Source: an uncultured delta proteobacterium (GTDB lineage: Bacteria; Desulfobacterota; Binatia; UBA9968). From it: a DNA stretch of 56,980 nt. The stretch spans positions 1 through 56,980 of the forward strand of contig CAWJBB010000016.1 of NCBI GenBank assembly GCA_963840855.1, in the 5' to 3' direction. Of this stretch, positions 10,067-20,136 are shown piece by piece. A program made the translations under genes and the position numbers. Below the pieces are notes generated by a model. The model saw nothing but the letters and a program-made list of their open reading frames with translations, searched no databases and was not told the DNA's origin. Each line of letters opens with the position of its first letter. Position 1 is the first letter of the stretch.

Positions 10067-11221
10067 CTAACTGACTTTCTCGTTGTTGGCCGAAAGGGTG
10101 ACGGGGGTCGCCGGCTGGGAAGTCTCAGAGACGGTGTCAGGGCGACATTGCTTGAGTAACAGTTTCTTGAGCATTACCGGACTGACCGGTTTTTTGAAGA
10201 TCACGCCCTGCAAGCCTTCCAGGCAACTGCGTTTGATAATGTGATCCTTGTCGTAATTGAAAGCGGTCATCAATACTACCGGCAGGCCGGGCGTTTTCGC
10301 TTTCACCGCTTGGTAAAGTTGGTAACCATCTATATCCGGCATGACGACGTCACTCAACACCAGATCAAATTTTTCCCGCTCGAGACATTCCATCGCGAGC
10401 ACTCCCGAGGCGGCGGTTTCAATACAGCAGCGCTCCGCTTCCAAGAGATCTTTGAGCGACTGGCAGATGCCGGCATCGTCGTCGACCACCAAGATCTTCA
10501 GCCCGCCCAGCGGATGACGCGCGTCATCACCGTTACGTTCGCAAGGCTTTGTCGGGCGCTCTACATGCAGATCCGTCATCAGCTTTCCGTCGAGATATTC
10601 TTTGGTATCGTACTCACCCTCATCGACCATCTTGCTGATGCGGCCGGTAATGTCCTGAATCTTTTTGATTTGCGAGGCCACAGATTCCAAGCGGTCGGAT
10701 TCCACGATGTACTCTTCATCCGTCGCCGCCCGTGTGACGAATTTTTGCAGCATCTCGACCTGGTTGACCAGCACCTCGAGGGAATTGTTGATCTCATGCG
10801 AAACGCCGATGGCGATCTCCGCCAGCGTTACCAGCTGATCGCGCCGCCTGATTTCGCGTATATCCTTGGCGAAGCCAATGGAGCCGATTTCGTTGCCATG
10901 CTCGTCATAGGTGATAGCCGCGGAAATCGCCACGGGTATGCATTCACCCTTGCGCGTTTTAACGATCGTTTCGAAATTGCGCACCCGCCCTCTTTCGCCG
11001 GCTTCCCTGGGCGAACGCATAGCGGTCATCACCTTTCGCGCTTCTTCCATGCTCGGATAGATTTCGAGCACATGCTTGCCCAAAATTTCATCCGGCGAAA
11101 AGCCGAGATTTTGCCTGGCGCCGTCGTTGTAAAAAGTGATGATGCCGTGCTTATCCACCGCGATGATGATGTCGGGACAGCTCTCGACCAGTTTTTGGAA
11201 ATATTGTACAGGTAATGACAT
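10067..11221 (-). CDS. PAS-HisKA-receiver signalling protein lacking a HATPase domain
   Basis: PAS/PAC (CPDIIIAVD...GFAKDIRE); H-box SHEINNSL; REC with VVDDD, SDVVMP, MTA, KKP; no N/G1/F/G2 boxes. Confidence 0.8.
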   Translation of the reverse strand: MSLPVQYFQKLVESCPDIIIAVDKHGIITFYNDGARQNLGFSPDEILGKHVLEIYPSMEEARKVMTAMRSPREAGERGRVRNFETIVKTRKGECIPVAISAAITYDEHGNEIGSIGFAKDIREIRRRDQLVTLAEIAIGVSHEINNSLEVLVNQVEMLQKFVTRAATDEEYIVESDRLESVASQIKKIQDITGRISKMVDEGEYDTKEYLDGKLMTDLHVERPTKPCERNGDDARHPLGGLKILVVDDDAGICQSLKDLLEAERCCIETAASGVLAMECLEREKFDLVLSDVVMPDIDGYQLYQAVKAKTPGLPVVLMTAFNYDKDHIIKRSCLEGLQGVIFKKPVSPVMLKKLLLKQCRPDTVSETSQPATPVTLSANNEKVS

Positions 11222-11346
11222 AGAATCTTTGCGGATGGGAATCTCGAATCCCTGCGGTTAAAGGTAATGATAGATCGATTTTTGAAATTAATGCAAGAGC
11301 CGGTCTCGGCAATATCGCTCCACGCACACCCAACGCTGCGCTTCCG

Positions 11347-13185
11347 ATGCCGTCCAACCGAAACATCAGACAACTGACATGGACCTTGGCTTGGGCCGTA
11401 GTTTTCTGCGACATCGGCACATCGGTCTATTATGTGCCAGGCATCCTCTATGCCAGCGCCGGCGATAAAACTCCTTTCTTCGTCCTCCTGACGACTCTTG
11501 GCTTTATTCCGCTTGCTCTGAAATACATCGAAATTACCTGGCGCAATCCCGAGGGCGGCGGCGTCGTCACCATCACCACCAAGGCCTTTGGCCCCATGTG
11601 GGGTTGTCTCGGCGGTATGTTGATCACTACAAGTTATTTTCTGACAGCGGCAATTTCGGCAGTTTCCGGATTTCACTACATCGGCAGCGTGCTCGTCCCC
11701 ATTGATGCCCATATCGTCCTGATGGCGTGCGTGGGTTTGCTCGGCCTTGCCATTCTCAACATTATCGGTATACGAGAAAGCGCCACTGTGGCTTTCGCCA
11801 TGGCGGTGGCAGCATTCGTAGTCAATTTCGTGGTGATCGTCTGCTCGCTTTCCAATCTGTCCCCGAACCACTGGCTGCAAGCCGTCGAATCGCTGTCGCC
11901 CGCACGGGATATGTCCTTGCACAGTATTCTAGTCGGGTTTGCGGCGGCGTGGCTTGCGTTCTCAGGGCTGGAAAGCATCAGCCAGTTAAGTCCCGCCATG
12001 CGCTTCCCGCTTCGGCGCACGGCACGATGGGCGATGGTTGCCGTTATCGTAACGATGGTGAGCACATCACCCGTCCTGACATTATTGTCGATCAATATGC
12101 TTCCCCCAGAGATCAAGGCAACGCAAAGCGAGCGTTTTATCTCCGAGCTCGCCGCCGTTTCCGGCGGGTTGGGATTGAAGCTGGCCGTCGTGCTGAGCGC
12201 TTCGTCCTTGTTGCTGTTCGCCGCGAACACCGCCATCATCGGTGCTTATCATATTTTTCTCGCGCTCTCGAACACAGGTTTTCTGCCGCGCGTCATCGCC
12301 CTGCGCGGTGAACGATTCAATAGTCCCCATATCGCCATCGCCATAGCGACGGGAGTGCCCATCGCCGTCGTCCTGGCCACTCAAGGAGAGCTGGCGTTGC
12401 TCGGCGAGATGTATGCCTTTGGCCTCCTCGGCGCCTTCTTTTTTTCTTCGCTCAGTCTCGATGTCATTCGTTGGCGTCTCGGGCGGCGCGATCCTGCCTT
12501 TTGGATCGGCGTTCTCACAACTCTGATGATCTTGGTGGCCTGGTGCGTGAACCTTGTTGAAAAAGATCTGGCGACCCTATTCGGCGGAGCGCTCACCGCG
12601 CTGGGAACGGCGATCGCCGTGGGCGTGCGCCGCGCATGGTTTGTCGACCTGCTTCATCAAATTCCCGCGGTGCAACGCCTCCAGGCGCGCGCGTATAAGG
12701 CGAGCGAAGCCTTGGCGGACGAAGAATTAAAAGGGCTCGTCACGCTGGCGGATGCGATGGAGCTAAAGGCGCTCTATCCCGCCTCGACGCTCGTAGCGCT
12801 GCGCGGTGAATTTCCAAATCTTATGGATTCGGGAATCAGTCTTGCCAAAGGCCGCGGGGATTCGGCGATTTATTGCATCTACGTGGAGGAATGGCCTGGT
12901 CTCTTCGACGGCCACGCACCGCACCGCCCCAATGAAGAAGGGATTCGCACGCTGCGCCATGCCATACAGCGAGCGCGCGGAAAAGGCATCGAAGTGATTC
13001 CGATCTGGACGGTATCGCACAATGCGGCCGAAGTCATCGCCGGAGCGGCAAAGTCCCTCGACGTCAGCTCAGTGATGATCGGCGCATCGCGCCGCTCCGC
13101 TTTCTACCACATGCTGAGGGGCCATGTGCTCAAAGGCTTAACGAAAAAACTGCCCCATGACTGCCATCTGATGATCTGCAACTGA
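11347..13185 (+). CDS. APC-superfamily permease with C-terminal universal stress protein (USP)-like domain
   Basis: About 12 TM segments; CDIGTSVYY, PEGGG, FSGLESISQ, YAFG motifs; C-terminal IAGAAKSLDVSSVMIGASRRS is USP-like. Confidence 0.85.
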   Translation: MPSNRNIRQLTWTLAWAVVFCDIGTSVYYVPGILYASAGDKTPFFVLLTTLGFIPLALKYIEITWRNPEGGGVVTITTKAFGPMWGCLGGMLITTSYFLTAAISAVSGFHYIGSVLVPIDAHIVLMACVGLLGLAILNIIGIRESATVAFAMAVAAFVVNFVVIVCSLSNLSPNHWLQAVESLSPARDMSLHSILVGFAAAWLAFSGLESISQLSPAMRFPLRRTARWAMVAVIVTMVSTSPVLTLLSINMLPPEIKATQSERFISELAAVSGGLGLKLAVVLSASSLLLFAANTAIIGAYHIFLALSNTGFLPRVIALRGERFNSPHIAIAIATGVPIAVVLATQGELALLGEMYAFGLLGAFFFSSLSLDVIRWRLGRRDPAFWIGVLTTLMILVAWCVNLVEKDLATLFGGALTALGTAIAVGVRRAWFVDLLHQIPAVQRLQARAYKASEALADEELKGLVTLADAMELKALYPASTLVALRGEFPNLMDSGISLAKGRGDSAIYCIYVEEWPGLFDGHAPHRPNEEGIRTLRHAIQRARGKGIEVIPIWTVSHNAAEVIAGAAKSLDVSSVMIGASRRSAFYHMLRGHVLKGLTKKLPHDCHLMICN

Positions 13186-13295
13186 GGTCGCTTCGCCCAG
13201 AGGTTACCTTACCCTGATTCGTTCGATTCCTCAGATCACATTCCGCGCAAGCTCTTACATTGCGTTAGTCTACAAGATCATGCTGGGTTCTCGGC

Positions 13296-13997
13296 TTATA
13301 CAGCCATCTTTTCGCTCGCTTTGGCGGCGCGCTCGATCAACTGATGCGCCTCCTCTCTGCCGAGAAAACGGTCGATGGCCGAATGAGCCATGTAGATAAA
13401 CGGCGTCATGCCCACAGCGATCAGGAATTTATAAGAATAGTTCGACGCAGCCACGGTCAGAAATTCCGAAGTCTTGACTTTGCCCGGGAGCCAGAAAGCG
13501 ATGCCGATGATGACGATGCTGTCGATAAATTGCGAGACAACGGTGGAGCCGGTGGCACGCATCCACAGAAATCGGCCGCCGGTTTTGTGGCGCACCAGCC
13601 AGAACACTCCGACGTCGACGACTTGGCTTAACGCAAACGCCGTCACGCTGCCGACGATTATCCATAGGGACTGGCCGAAGACCGCTTCAAACTGTGCGTC
13701 GGTAACCGGCGAGAAAGAGACCGCCGGTACTTGCATCGCCAGGAAAAGAACCACGAACGCGTAGATGATCAGGCCGATGGTCATGAAGGTCAGTTTTCTC
13801 ACGCCATCGCGCCCGAAATATTCGTTGATCAGATCGGTGCTGAGAAACACCACCGGCCAGGGAATCACGCCGATGCTCAATGTGAAAGGCCCCAAACTAA
13901 AAAGCTTGCCGCCTGTCACCTCGCCCAAGATCGCATTGGTCACGAAAAATCCCGCCAAGGCAAGATAAACGATGTCTCTGCGCGAGGTAACGTCCAT
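13296..13997 (-). CDS. yhhQ: Queuosine precursor transporter (YhhQ/VUT family)
   Basis: FLSTDLINEYFG, AFALSQVVDV, RATGSTVVSQFIDS motifs; co-oriented downstream of the queA-tgt block. Confidence 0.85.
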   Translation of the reverse strand: MDVTSRRDIVYLALAGFFVTNAILGEVTGGKLFSLGPFTLSIGVIPWPVVFLSTDLINEYFGRDGVRKLTFMTIGLIIYAFVVLFLAMQVPAVSFSPVTDAQFEAVFGQSLWIIVGSVTAFALSQVVDVGVFWLVRHKTGGRFLWMRATGSTVVSQFIDSIVIIGIAFWLPGKVKTSEFLTVAASNYSYKFLIAVGMTPFIYMAHSAIDRFLGREEAHQLIERAAKASEKMAV

Positions 13998-14055
13998 ATT
14001 CCGGATTCTGTGAAGTTAAGAATCCACTTTCGTTTTCAGTGGTGAGCGATTGGCT

Positions 14056-15825
14056 TTAGAAAGACTCGGCCGGTACGGTTTCGTCCTTAGGCCTTGCAGC
14101 GACCGCCGGCCGCACATCAACAATCTTTAGCTCGACACTGGTCGCACCGTTCCATTCGTTCTCGCCAAGCCGATAAACCAGGTCGAGGTTTTCGCCCGGC
14201 CTGCCGGGGAAATTCTCGGCGGCGCCGAAAATCACTCCGCCCAAGACACGCTTCGCCTGGCTCAGACGGAAGCGCACGCCGGCTGAAAACTCTTTACGCT
14301 CGCAGACCTGAACCCGCTCGGTCAGGAATAAGGGCTCTGGATTACCAACGCCGAAAGGCTTTAACGAATCCAGTTCGCGCAAGAGCGGAAAGCCGATGCC
14401 GGGAAAATTCAGCGCACCGTCGATTTCCAAAAGCGGCATGAGATCCACCGGCGATAAAAGCTCGCGGGCCGCTTGTTCGAAGGCCGCCGCGAACGGTTCT
14501 AAGTTATCCGTTTTGATGGCGAGACCGCCGGCGTATTCATGGCCACCGTATTTCTCCAGATGGGCGGCGCAGCGTCGGAAACCTTCCACCATGTTAAAGC
14601 CGCGGATGCTGCGGCCGGAGCCTTTGCCTGCGCCGTCGTTGACGCCGATCACCACCGTCGGCCGGTAAAATTTTTCCACGATGCGGGAGGCCACGATACC
14701 CAACACGCCGGGATGCCAGCCTTCTCGGGTCAGAACCAGGGAATAGCACCCGCCGCCGTTCACGCGCGCTTCGGCCTGTGCCAGCGCTTGCGCCAACACC
14801 TCGGCTTCGAGGGCTCGCCGCTCACGATTATTCTCGTCCAGCTCTAGGGCGATGCGCAGCGCCACGTCGCTGGAGTCCGTGGTCAGCAACTCCACAACTT
14901 TGCTGCCGTAGTCCACGCGCCCCGCGGCGTTAATGCGCGGTCCGAGCTGAAATCCCACCTGGCCGGCGCTTAGGTCACCCGGCGCGATGTTAGCCACTTG
15001 CTTGAGCGCCAATACTCCGGGGCGCTTCGATGAGCCAAGCTCCGTGAGGCCGCGGCGAATCAAAGTTCGGTTGACGCCTTGCAACGGCACCATGTCGGCG
15101 ATGGTTCCTAGAGTCACGATATCGAGATAGCGGCGAATATCGGGCTCGGGAGAATTTTTGAACCAGCCGGCCTGACGCAGCTTGGCGCGCAGTCCCATAA
15201 CGAGATAGAACGCCAATCCCGCCGCGCACAGCCCTTTGTCGGGAAACGCGCAATCGCTCCGGTGTGGATTGATCACCGCCACGGCCGGCGGCAACTCATC
15301 CGGCGGCTGGTGATGGTCCACCACCACGATGTCGAGACCGAAGCCGTGCGCAGCCGCCACTTCGCCCGAGTTGGAAATCCCGCAGTCCACCGTCACCGCG
15401 AGGGTAACGCCCTGCTCTCTGAGCCGTTTCAGACCGTCGATATTTAATCCGTAACCCTCACTAATGCGGTGCGGCACATGATAGACCGGCTCGGCGCCGG
15501 CCTCGCGCAAAAACGAAACCAGCACCGAGGCGCCCGTGGTGCCATCGACGTCATAGTCGCCCCACACGCCGATGGATTCCTTTTGTTTAATGGCGCGGAC
15601 GATGCGCTCCGCCGCCGGCTCCATGCCCGCCATCGCAAACGGCGACGGCAGATCGGAGCGCAGGCTCGAAGAAAGGTATCGCTGCGCCGACTCGGCGTCG
15701 GCCAGGCCGCGCAGAACTAAAATGGACGCCAACAGCGGCGAGATTTTCAATTGTTCGCAATGGCGGGAGACGAGGCTTTCGTCGGCCTGTTTTAAAACCC
15801 AGCGTCTTTGCAGATTAGTCCGCAT
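14056..15825 (-). CDS. recJ: Single-stranded-DNA-specific exonuclease RecJ
   Basis: GDYDVDG, TVDCG, VDHH, GPRINAAGR, GGHEYAGG, PFGVGNPEP. Confidence 0.95.
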   Translation of the reverse strand: MRTNLQRRWVLKQADESLVSRHCEQLKISPLLASILVLRGLADAESAQRYLSSSLRSDLPSPFAMAGMEPAAERIVRAIKQKESIGVWGDYDVDGTTGASVLVSFLREAGAEPVYHVPHRISEGYGLNIDGLKRLREQGVTLAVTVDCGISNSGEVAAAHGFGLDIVVVDHHQPPDELPPAVAVINPHRSDCAFPDKGLCAAGLAFYLVMGLRAKLRQAGWFKNSPEPDIRRYLDIVTLGTIADMVPLQGVNRTLIRRGLTELGSSKRPGVLALKQVANIAPGDLSAGQVGFQLGPRINAAGRVDYGSKVVELLTTDSSDVALRIALELDENNRERRALEAEVLAQALAQAEARVNGGGCYSLVLTREGWHPGVLGIVASRIVEKFYRPTVVIGVNDGAGKGSGRSIRGFNMVEGFRRCAAHLEKYGGHEYAGGLAIKTDNLEPFAAAFEQAARELLSPVDLMPLLEIDGALNFPGIGFPLLRELDSLKPFGVGNPEPLFLTERVQVCERKEFSAGVRFRLSQAKRVLGGVIFGAAENFPGRPGENLDLVYRLGENEWNGATSVELKIVDVRPAVAARPKDETVPAESF

Positions 15826-15837
15826 CTATTTCTGCTT

Positions 15838-15904
15838 GCAGGCTGCTCAAAAAACGCCTGCTTCGCAGGCTATTGGTATAGGAGTGTCCTTCCGCAGCCT
15901 GCTA
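15838..15904. mobile_element. Short MITE-like inverted-repeat element overlapping the secF stop
   Basis: Ends GCAGGCTGCTCAAAAA and TTCCGCAGCCTGCTA are mutual inverted repeats; right end contains the secF TAG. Confidence 0.45.
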
Positions 15905-16825
15905 CCGCTTGGCGCCCCCTTCCCACATGAGAATCACCGGGCTGGCGATGAAGATCGTCGAATAGACGCCGGTGACGAAGCCCACCAGCAGGGAGAAGGC
16001 GAATGGCCGGATAACCGCGCCGCCGAGAGTATATAGCGCCACCAAGACCATCAGAGCGGTGCCCGTGGTAAGAATGGTGCGGCTCAAGCACTCATTGATG
16101 CTCAGATTGATAATGCTCTCCAGGCTCTGGCGCTTTATCTTGCGCAGGTTCTCACGGATGCGATCGCAGATAACCACCGTGTCGTTCACGGAAAAACCGA
16201 CGATGGTGAGCAAGGCGGCGATGACCGTGAGATCGAACTCGTAATTCGCCACTATTAAAGCTCCCACCGTTATCAGAACATCATGAATCAACGCGATCAC
16301 CGCGCCCGTGCCGAAAAGCAATCCGAAGCGCGCGCCGAAAGAGGCTCCGAAGCGTACCCATATATAGACGCCCATCATGATGGTCGCGGCGATCACCGAG
16401 AGCACGCCGCGCCGGCGCAGGTCTTCGCCGATTTTCGGGCCCACTGATTCGAGGCGGCGCACTTCGAATTTGTCGGCGCCAAATTTCTCCGTCAGCGCCT
16501 TTTTCATGCGCTCGCTGAGGGCGCCCAGATCCGCCGTCTCGACGTCAAGGCGAACCAAATATTCATTGTCACCTTCCCGGCCAAAGTCCTGAATGCTACT
16601 GCTGCCAAGCTGAACTGACTCCAAAGCCTGGCGAATTTCTAGAATCGAAACTTTCTGCTGAAACTTGAGTTGCACCATGGTGCCGCCGGCAAAATCAACG
16701 CCGAGATTGGGCCCTTTGAAAAGCAAAAGAGCGAGCACGCCGAGGTTGACGGCGGTGGACAAAATGACTGCGATCTTACGGTAACGGGTAAATGGTATCT
16801 TCGTTCCCGGTTTGATCAGTTCCAT
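15902..16825 (-). CDS. secF: Protein translocase subunit SecF
   Basis: NLGVDFAGG, VGPKIG, IHDV, GFSVNDTVVICDRIREN, LSRTILT; start placed at MELIKPG. Confidence 0.95.
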   Translation of the reverse strand: MELIKPGTKIPFTRYRKIAVILSTAVNLGVLALLLFKGPNLGVDFAGGTMVQLKFQQKVSILEIRQALESVQLGSSSIQDFGREGDNEYLVRLDVETADLGALSERMKKALTEKFGADKFEVRRLESVGPKIGEDLRRRGVLSVIAATIMMGVYIWVRFGASFGARFGLLFGTGAVIALIHDVLITVGALIVANYEFDLTVIAALLTIVGFSVNDTVVICDRIRENLRKIKRQSLESIINLSINECLSRTILTTGTALMVLVALYTLGGAVIRPFAFSLLVGFVTGVYSTIFIASPVILMWEGGAKR

Positions 16826-16835
16826 GCATTTTCCC

Positions 16836-18447
16836 CTAAATGCTGATGCGCTGGAGTTTCCGCGTGGCGATGCGGTAATCATAGTAGACCCGCGTGAGAT
16901 ACACGGCGGTGAGCACCGTCATCATAATACCGACGCAGAGGGTCACCGCGAATCCTTTGATCGGGCCGGTGCCGAACTGGAACAAAATGGCGCCCGATAA
17001 AAAGGTCGTGACGTTGGAGTCCAGAATCGCCGGCAGCGCATTTTGGTAACCCGCCTCCACGGCGGATCGTACAGTCCGCCCCGCGCGCAGCTCTTCGCGC
17101 ATGCGTTCATTGATCAACACATTGGCATCCACCGCCATGCCCACGGTGAGCACGATGCCGGCGATGCCCGGCAAAGTGAGCACGGCCTGGAATGCGACCA
17201 AAATCGCCATCATGAACAATACGTTGAAAAACAGCGCGATAATGGCCACCAACCCCGCCCCCTTGTAGTAGGTGACGACGAAAAGCACCACCACGGCGCC
17301 GCCGACGATGAAAGAGCAGTATCCCCTTCTCGATGGAGTCGCGCCCCAACGACGGCCCCACCGTCCGTTCCTCGACGATTTCCACCGGCGCCGGCAGCGC
17401 CCCGGCGCGCAAGATGATGGCAAGGTCTCTTGCTTCCTTGATGTTGAAGCTCCCGGTGATCGACGCCCGGCCGCCGCCAATTCGTTCCTGAATCACCGGC
17501 GCGGAATAGACGCTGTTGTCGAGCACAATGGCAAGCCGGCGCTTGACGTTGGCGGCGGTAACCTCCTCGAACAACCGCGCCCCTCGGCTATTGAGAATCA
17601 GCTCAACGTAAGGCCCTTCCATTTGGGTTGCGGGACGCACCCGCGCATCGACGATGTACTCGCCTGTCATCAAGGTGCGGCTTTCGAGCAGATAGGGAGT
17701 CTTTTCACCGCCCAGTCCGCTCCCTTCCCGTGACCCGAGGCCGTAAAGAATCTGCCGTCCCGGCGGCGGGCCGCTGCGCAGCGCATCCTCGATGTTGCCG
17801 GTGTCGTCCACCAGTTTGAACTCGAGCAACGCCGTCTTGCCGAGAATCGCCTTCGCTCGCTCCGGATCCTGGACGCCCGGCAGCTGCACCAGAATATCCT
17901 GTTGCCCTTGGCGCACGATGGTCGGCTCGCTGACGCCGAACTGATCGATGCGGTTACGAATGGTCTCAAGCGATTGATCGACGGCGAAGTCGCGCAGCGA
18001 GCGCAGCTCTTCTCTGCTAAGAGTCAAAAAAAAGTCCGTTGTGCCGCCGCTCGTCTGCGTGTTGACGATGGCCAGATTAGGAAAATCAGACTTCAAAAAA
18101 CCGCGCACCCGCTCCCCATCCGCCGCCGGCGCTTTGACATGCAGTTGGCCTCCCTGAGCCTTTTCCACGGTTACGCCAGAGACGCCGCGCTCGCGCAAGA
18201 GATTGACCAGCTCGCCGCGCATCCGGTCGTTAGTATTCTCGATGGCCTTATCGACCTTTACTTCGAGAACCAGATGGGTGCCGCCTTGGAGATCAAGACC
18301 GCGGCGAATTGGGTCCTTGGGTAGGAATGCGGGCCACCAGGACGGCGGCTTTTCCGAGTCCTCAAAAAACGTCGGCGTCAGATAAATTACCGCGGCCAAT
18401 GCCGCGGCTATAAACAGAGCTCCTCGAATCGCCACGGACCGTAGCAT
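16836..18447 (-). pseudogene. secD: Protein translocase subunit SecD, interrupted by a single-base frameshift near 17311-17320 (may be an assembly error)
   Basis: GLDLQGG, RNRIDQFGV, GALPAP, VGPSLG in ORF 17107-18447; TLPGIAGIVLTVGMAVDANVLINER and GPIKGFAVTL in ORF 16836-17480; removing one base gives about 536 aa. Confidence 0.9.
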
Positions 18448-18456
18448 CGGTTATGC

Positions 18457-18786
18457 TTATCCTTCCTTTGCCGGAGTTTTTTCGTTCGTGATCACGGTGG
18501 AAATTTGCGGCCGGTTGACGCGGATCCGCACGTTGGGCGCCACCTCTAAAGTCACCACATTATCCGCTAAGGAGATCACTCTACCGTAAATCCCGCCGGA
18601 GGTCATTACTTCGTCGTTTTTTTTCAGCTTGCCGAGCATCTCCTGGTGCTGTTTCGCCTTCTTCTGCTGCGGCCGAATCAACAAAAAATAGAAAACAACG
18701 AAAATCAAAACCAGCGGCAGAAAGCTCAGCATCTGTCCCGGCCCGCCGATGCCTGGGACGGCTTGCGCGTATGCGATATCGAACAT
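18457..18786 (-). CDS. yajC: Preprotein translocase subunit YajC
   Basis: FYFLLIRPQQKK, DEVMTSGGIYG; SD AGGAGG before MFDIAYA. Confidence 0.95.
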   Translation of the reverse strand: MFDIAYAQAVPGIGGPGQMLSFLPLVLIFVVFYFLLIRPQQKKAKQHQEMLGKLKKNDEVMTSGGIYGRVISLADNVVTLEVAPNVRIRVNRPQISTVITNEKTPAKEG

Positions 18787-18816
18787 TGATCCTCCTAGTC
18801 CTAAGGGTGACATTCC

Positions 18817-18889
18817 CGTTCAACGTTCCGGGTTTAAGGTTCAAAGTTTTCGATTGGGAAATGCGAATTTGAGATCTGAACCTTGAACG
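18817..18889. repeat. GTTCAAN heptamer inverted-repeat element
   Basis: GTTCAAC GTTCCGG GTTTAAG GTTCAAA ... TCTGAAC CTTGAAC between tgt and yajC. Confidence 0.7.
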
Positions 18890-18892
18890 CCA

Positions 18893-20008
18893 TTAACCGG
18901 CATAAGCGCCCTCGCCATCCCAAAGCTCGGCGCGCCCTGCGCGCAGCGCTTCGCGGCAGCGTTCCAAGAGCCGGTGGTAAAAATAAAGGTTATGCAAACT
19001 ATTTAGTTGGGATGCAAGAATCTCCCCCGCCATAAACAGGTGGCGCAGATAGGCGCGGGAAAAATTACTGCAAGCGTAACAGCCGCAATTTTCATCCAGA
19101 GGCCGGGGATCATCGGCAAACTCGGCGCGCTTGATGCTGATTTTGCCTCCGGACGTGAAGAGCGTGCCGTTGCGTCCGTTACGCGTCGGGATGACGCAGT
19201 CGAACATATCGAATCCCGCGCGCACCGCCCGGAGCATATCCGCGGGCCGGCCCACGCCCATTAAATAGCGCGGCCGGTCTTCGGGTAACAGCGTCGCCGT
19301 AAACGCGCTGATCGAACGAAGCAAATCTTCCCCCTCACCCACCCCCAAGCCACCGACGGCGAAGCCGTCAAAGGGCATAGATGCCATTTTCTCCGCGCAC
19401 CAGCGGCGCAGATCTTCGAACATGCCGCCTTGAACGATGCCGAACATCATCTGCTGTGTGCGGCTGCGCGCCTGGTGGCAGCGCTCCGCCCAGCGGACCG
19501 TCCGCTCGGTGGATTCTCTAACGTATTCTCGGCCTGCGTCATGGGGGATACACTCGTCGAGAACCATGGCGATGTCGCTGCCCAGCGCCTCTTGAATCTC
19601 AACTGCTTTCTCCGGCGTCAGCAGATGCGAAGAGCCGTCTAAATGGGATTGAAAACGGGCGCCTTCCTCGGAAATCTTGCGCATGGCGCCGAGGCTGAAA
19701 ACCTGATAGCCGCCGCTGTCGGTCAAGATCGGTCCGTCCCAGCCCATAAAGCGGTGTAGCCCGCCCAGTTTGCGCACCAGCTCGTGCCCCGGCCTGAGAT
19801 AAAGATGATAAGTGTTGCCGAGCAGTATCTGGCAGCCCATTTCGCGCAGATCGCGCGGCAGCACGGCTTTCACCGTTCCCTGCGTCCCCACCGGCATGAA
19901 CGCGGGCGTTTCAATGACACCATGGGGCGTAACGAAACGGCCGAGGCGCGCACTGGAGCCGGCATCTCGCTTTATGATAGAAAAATTACCCGCCATACTC
20001 TCAGGCAT
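18893..20008 (-). CDS. tgt: tRNA-guanine transglycosylase
   Basis: TPAFMPVGT, NTYHL, TDSGGYQ, GIVQGG, YLMGVG, FDCVIPTRNGR, Zn site CxCxxC...H; start 20008 or 19996. Confidence 0.95.
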   Translation of the reverse strand: MPESMAGNFSIIKRDAGSSARLGRFVTPHGVIETPAFMPVGTQGTVKAVLPRDLREMGCQILLGNTYHLYLRPGHELVRKLGGLHRFMGWDGPILTDSGGYQVFSLGAMRKISEEGARFQSHLDGSSHLLTPEKAVEIQEALGSDIAMVLDECIPHDAGREYVRESTERTVRWAERCHQARSRTQQMMFGIVQGGMFEDLRRWCAEKMASMPFDGFAVGGLGVGEGEDLLRSISAFTATLLPEDRPRYLMGVGRPADMLRAVRAGFDMFDCVIPTRNGRNGTLFTSGGKISIKRAEFADDPRPLDENCGCYACSNFSRAYLRHLFMAGEILASQLNSLHNLYFYHRLLERCREALRAGRAELWDGEGAYAG

Positions 20009-20037
20009 GACGCGAGAGGCTTGAAATGTCCGCCGAC

Positions 20038-20085
20038 GGATCAAGCCGTTCCAACCGATCAAGTAGTTCCAGTCGTTCCAATCGT
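20038..20085. repeat. 9-bp tandem repeat (CGTTCCAAT-like)
   Basis: GGATCAAGC CGTTCCAAC CGATCAAGT AGTTCCAGT CGTTCCAAT between queA and tgt. Confidence 0.6.
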
Positions 20086-20136
20086 CTACCCTCTCGCCTC
20101 GAGCCTCTTGCATCGCGCGTATTGCCCGTTGCCTGT

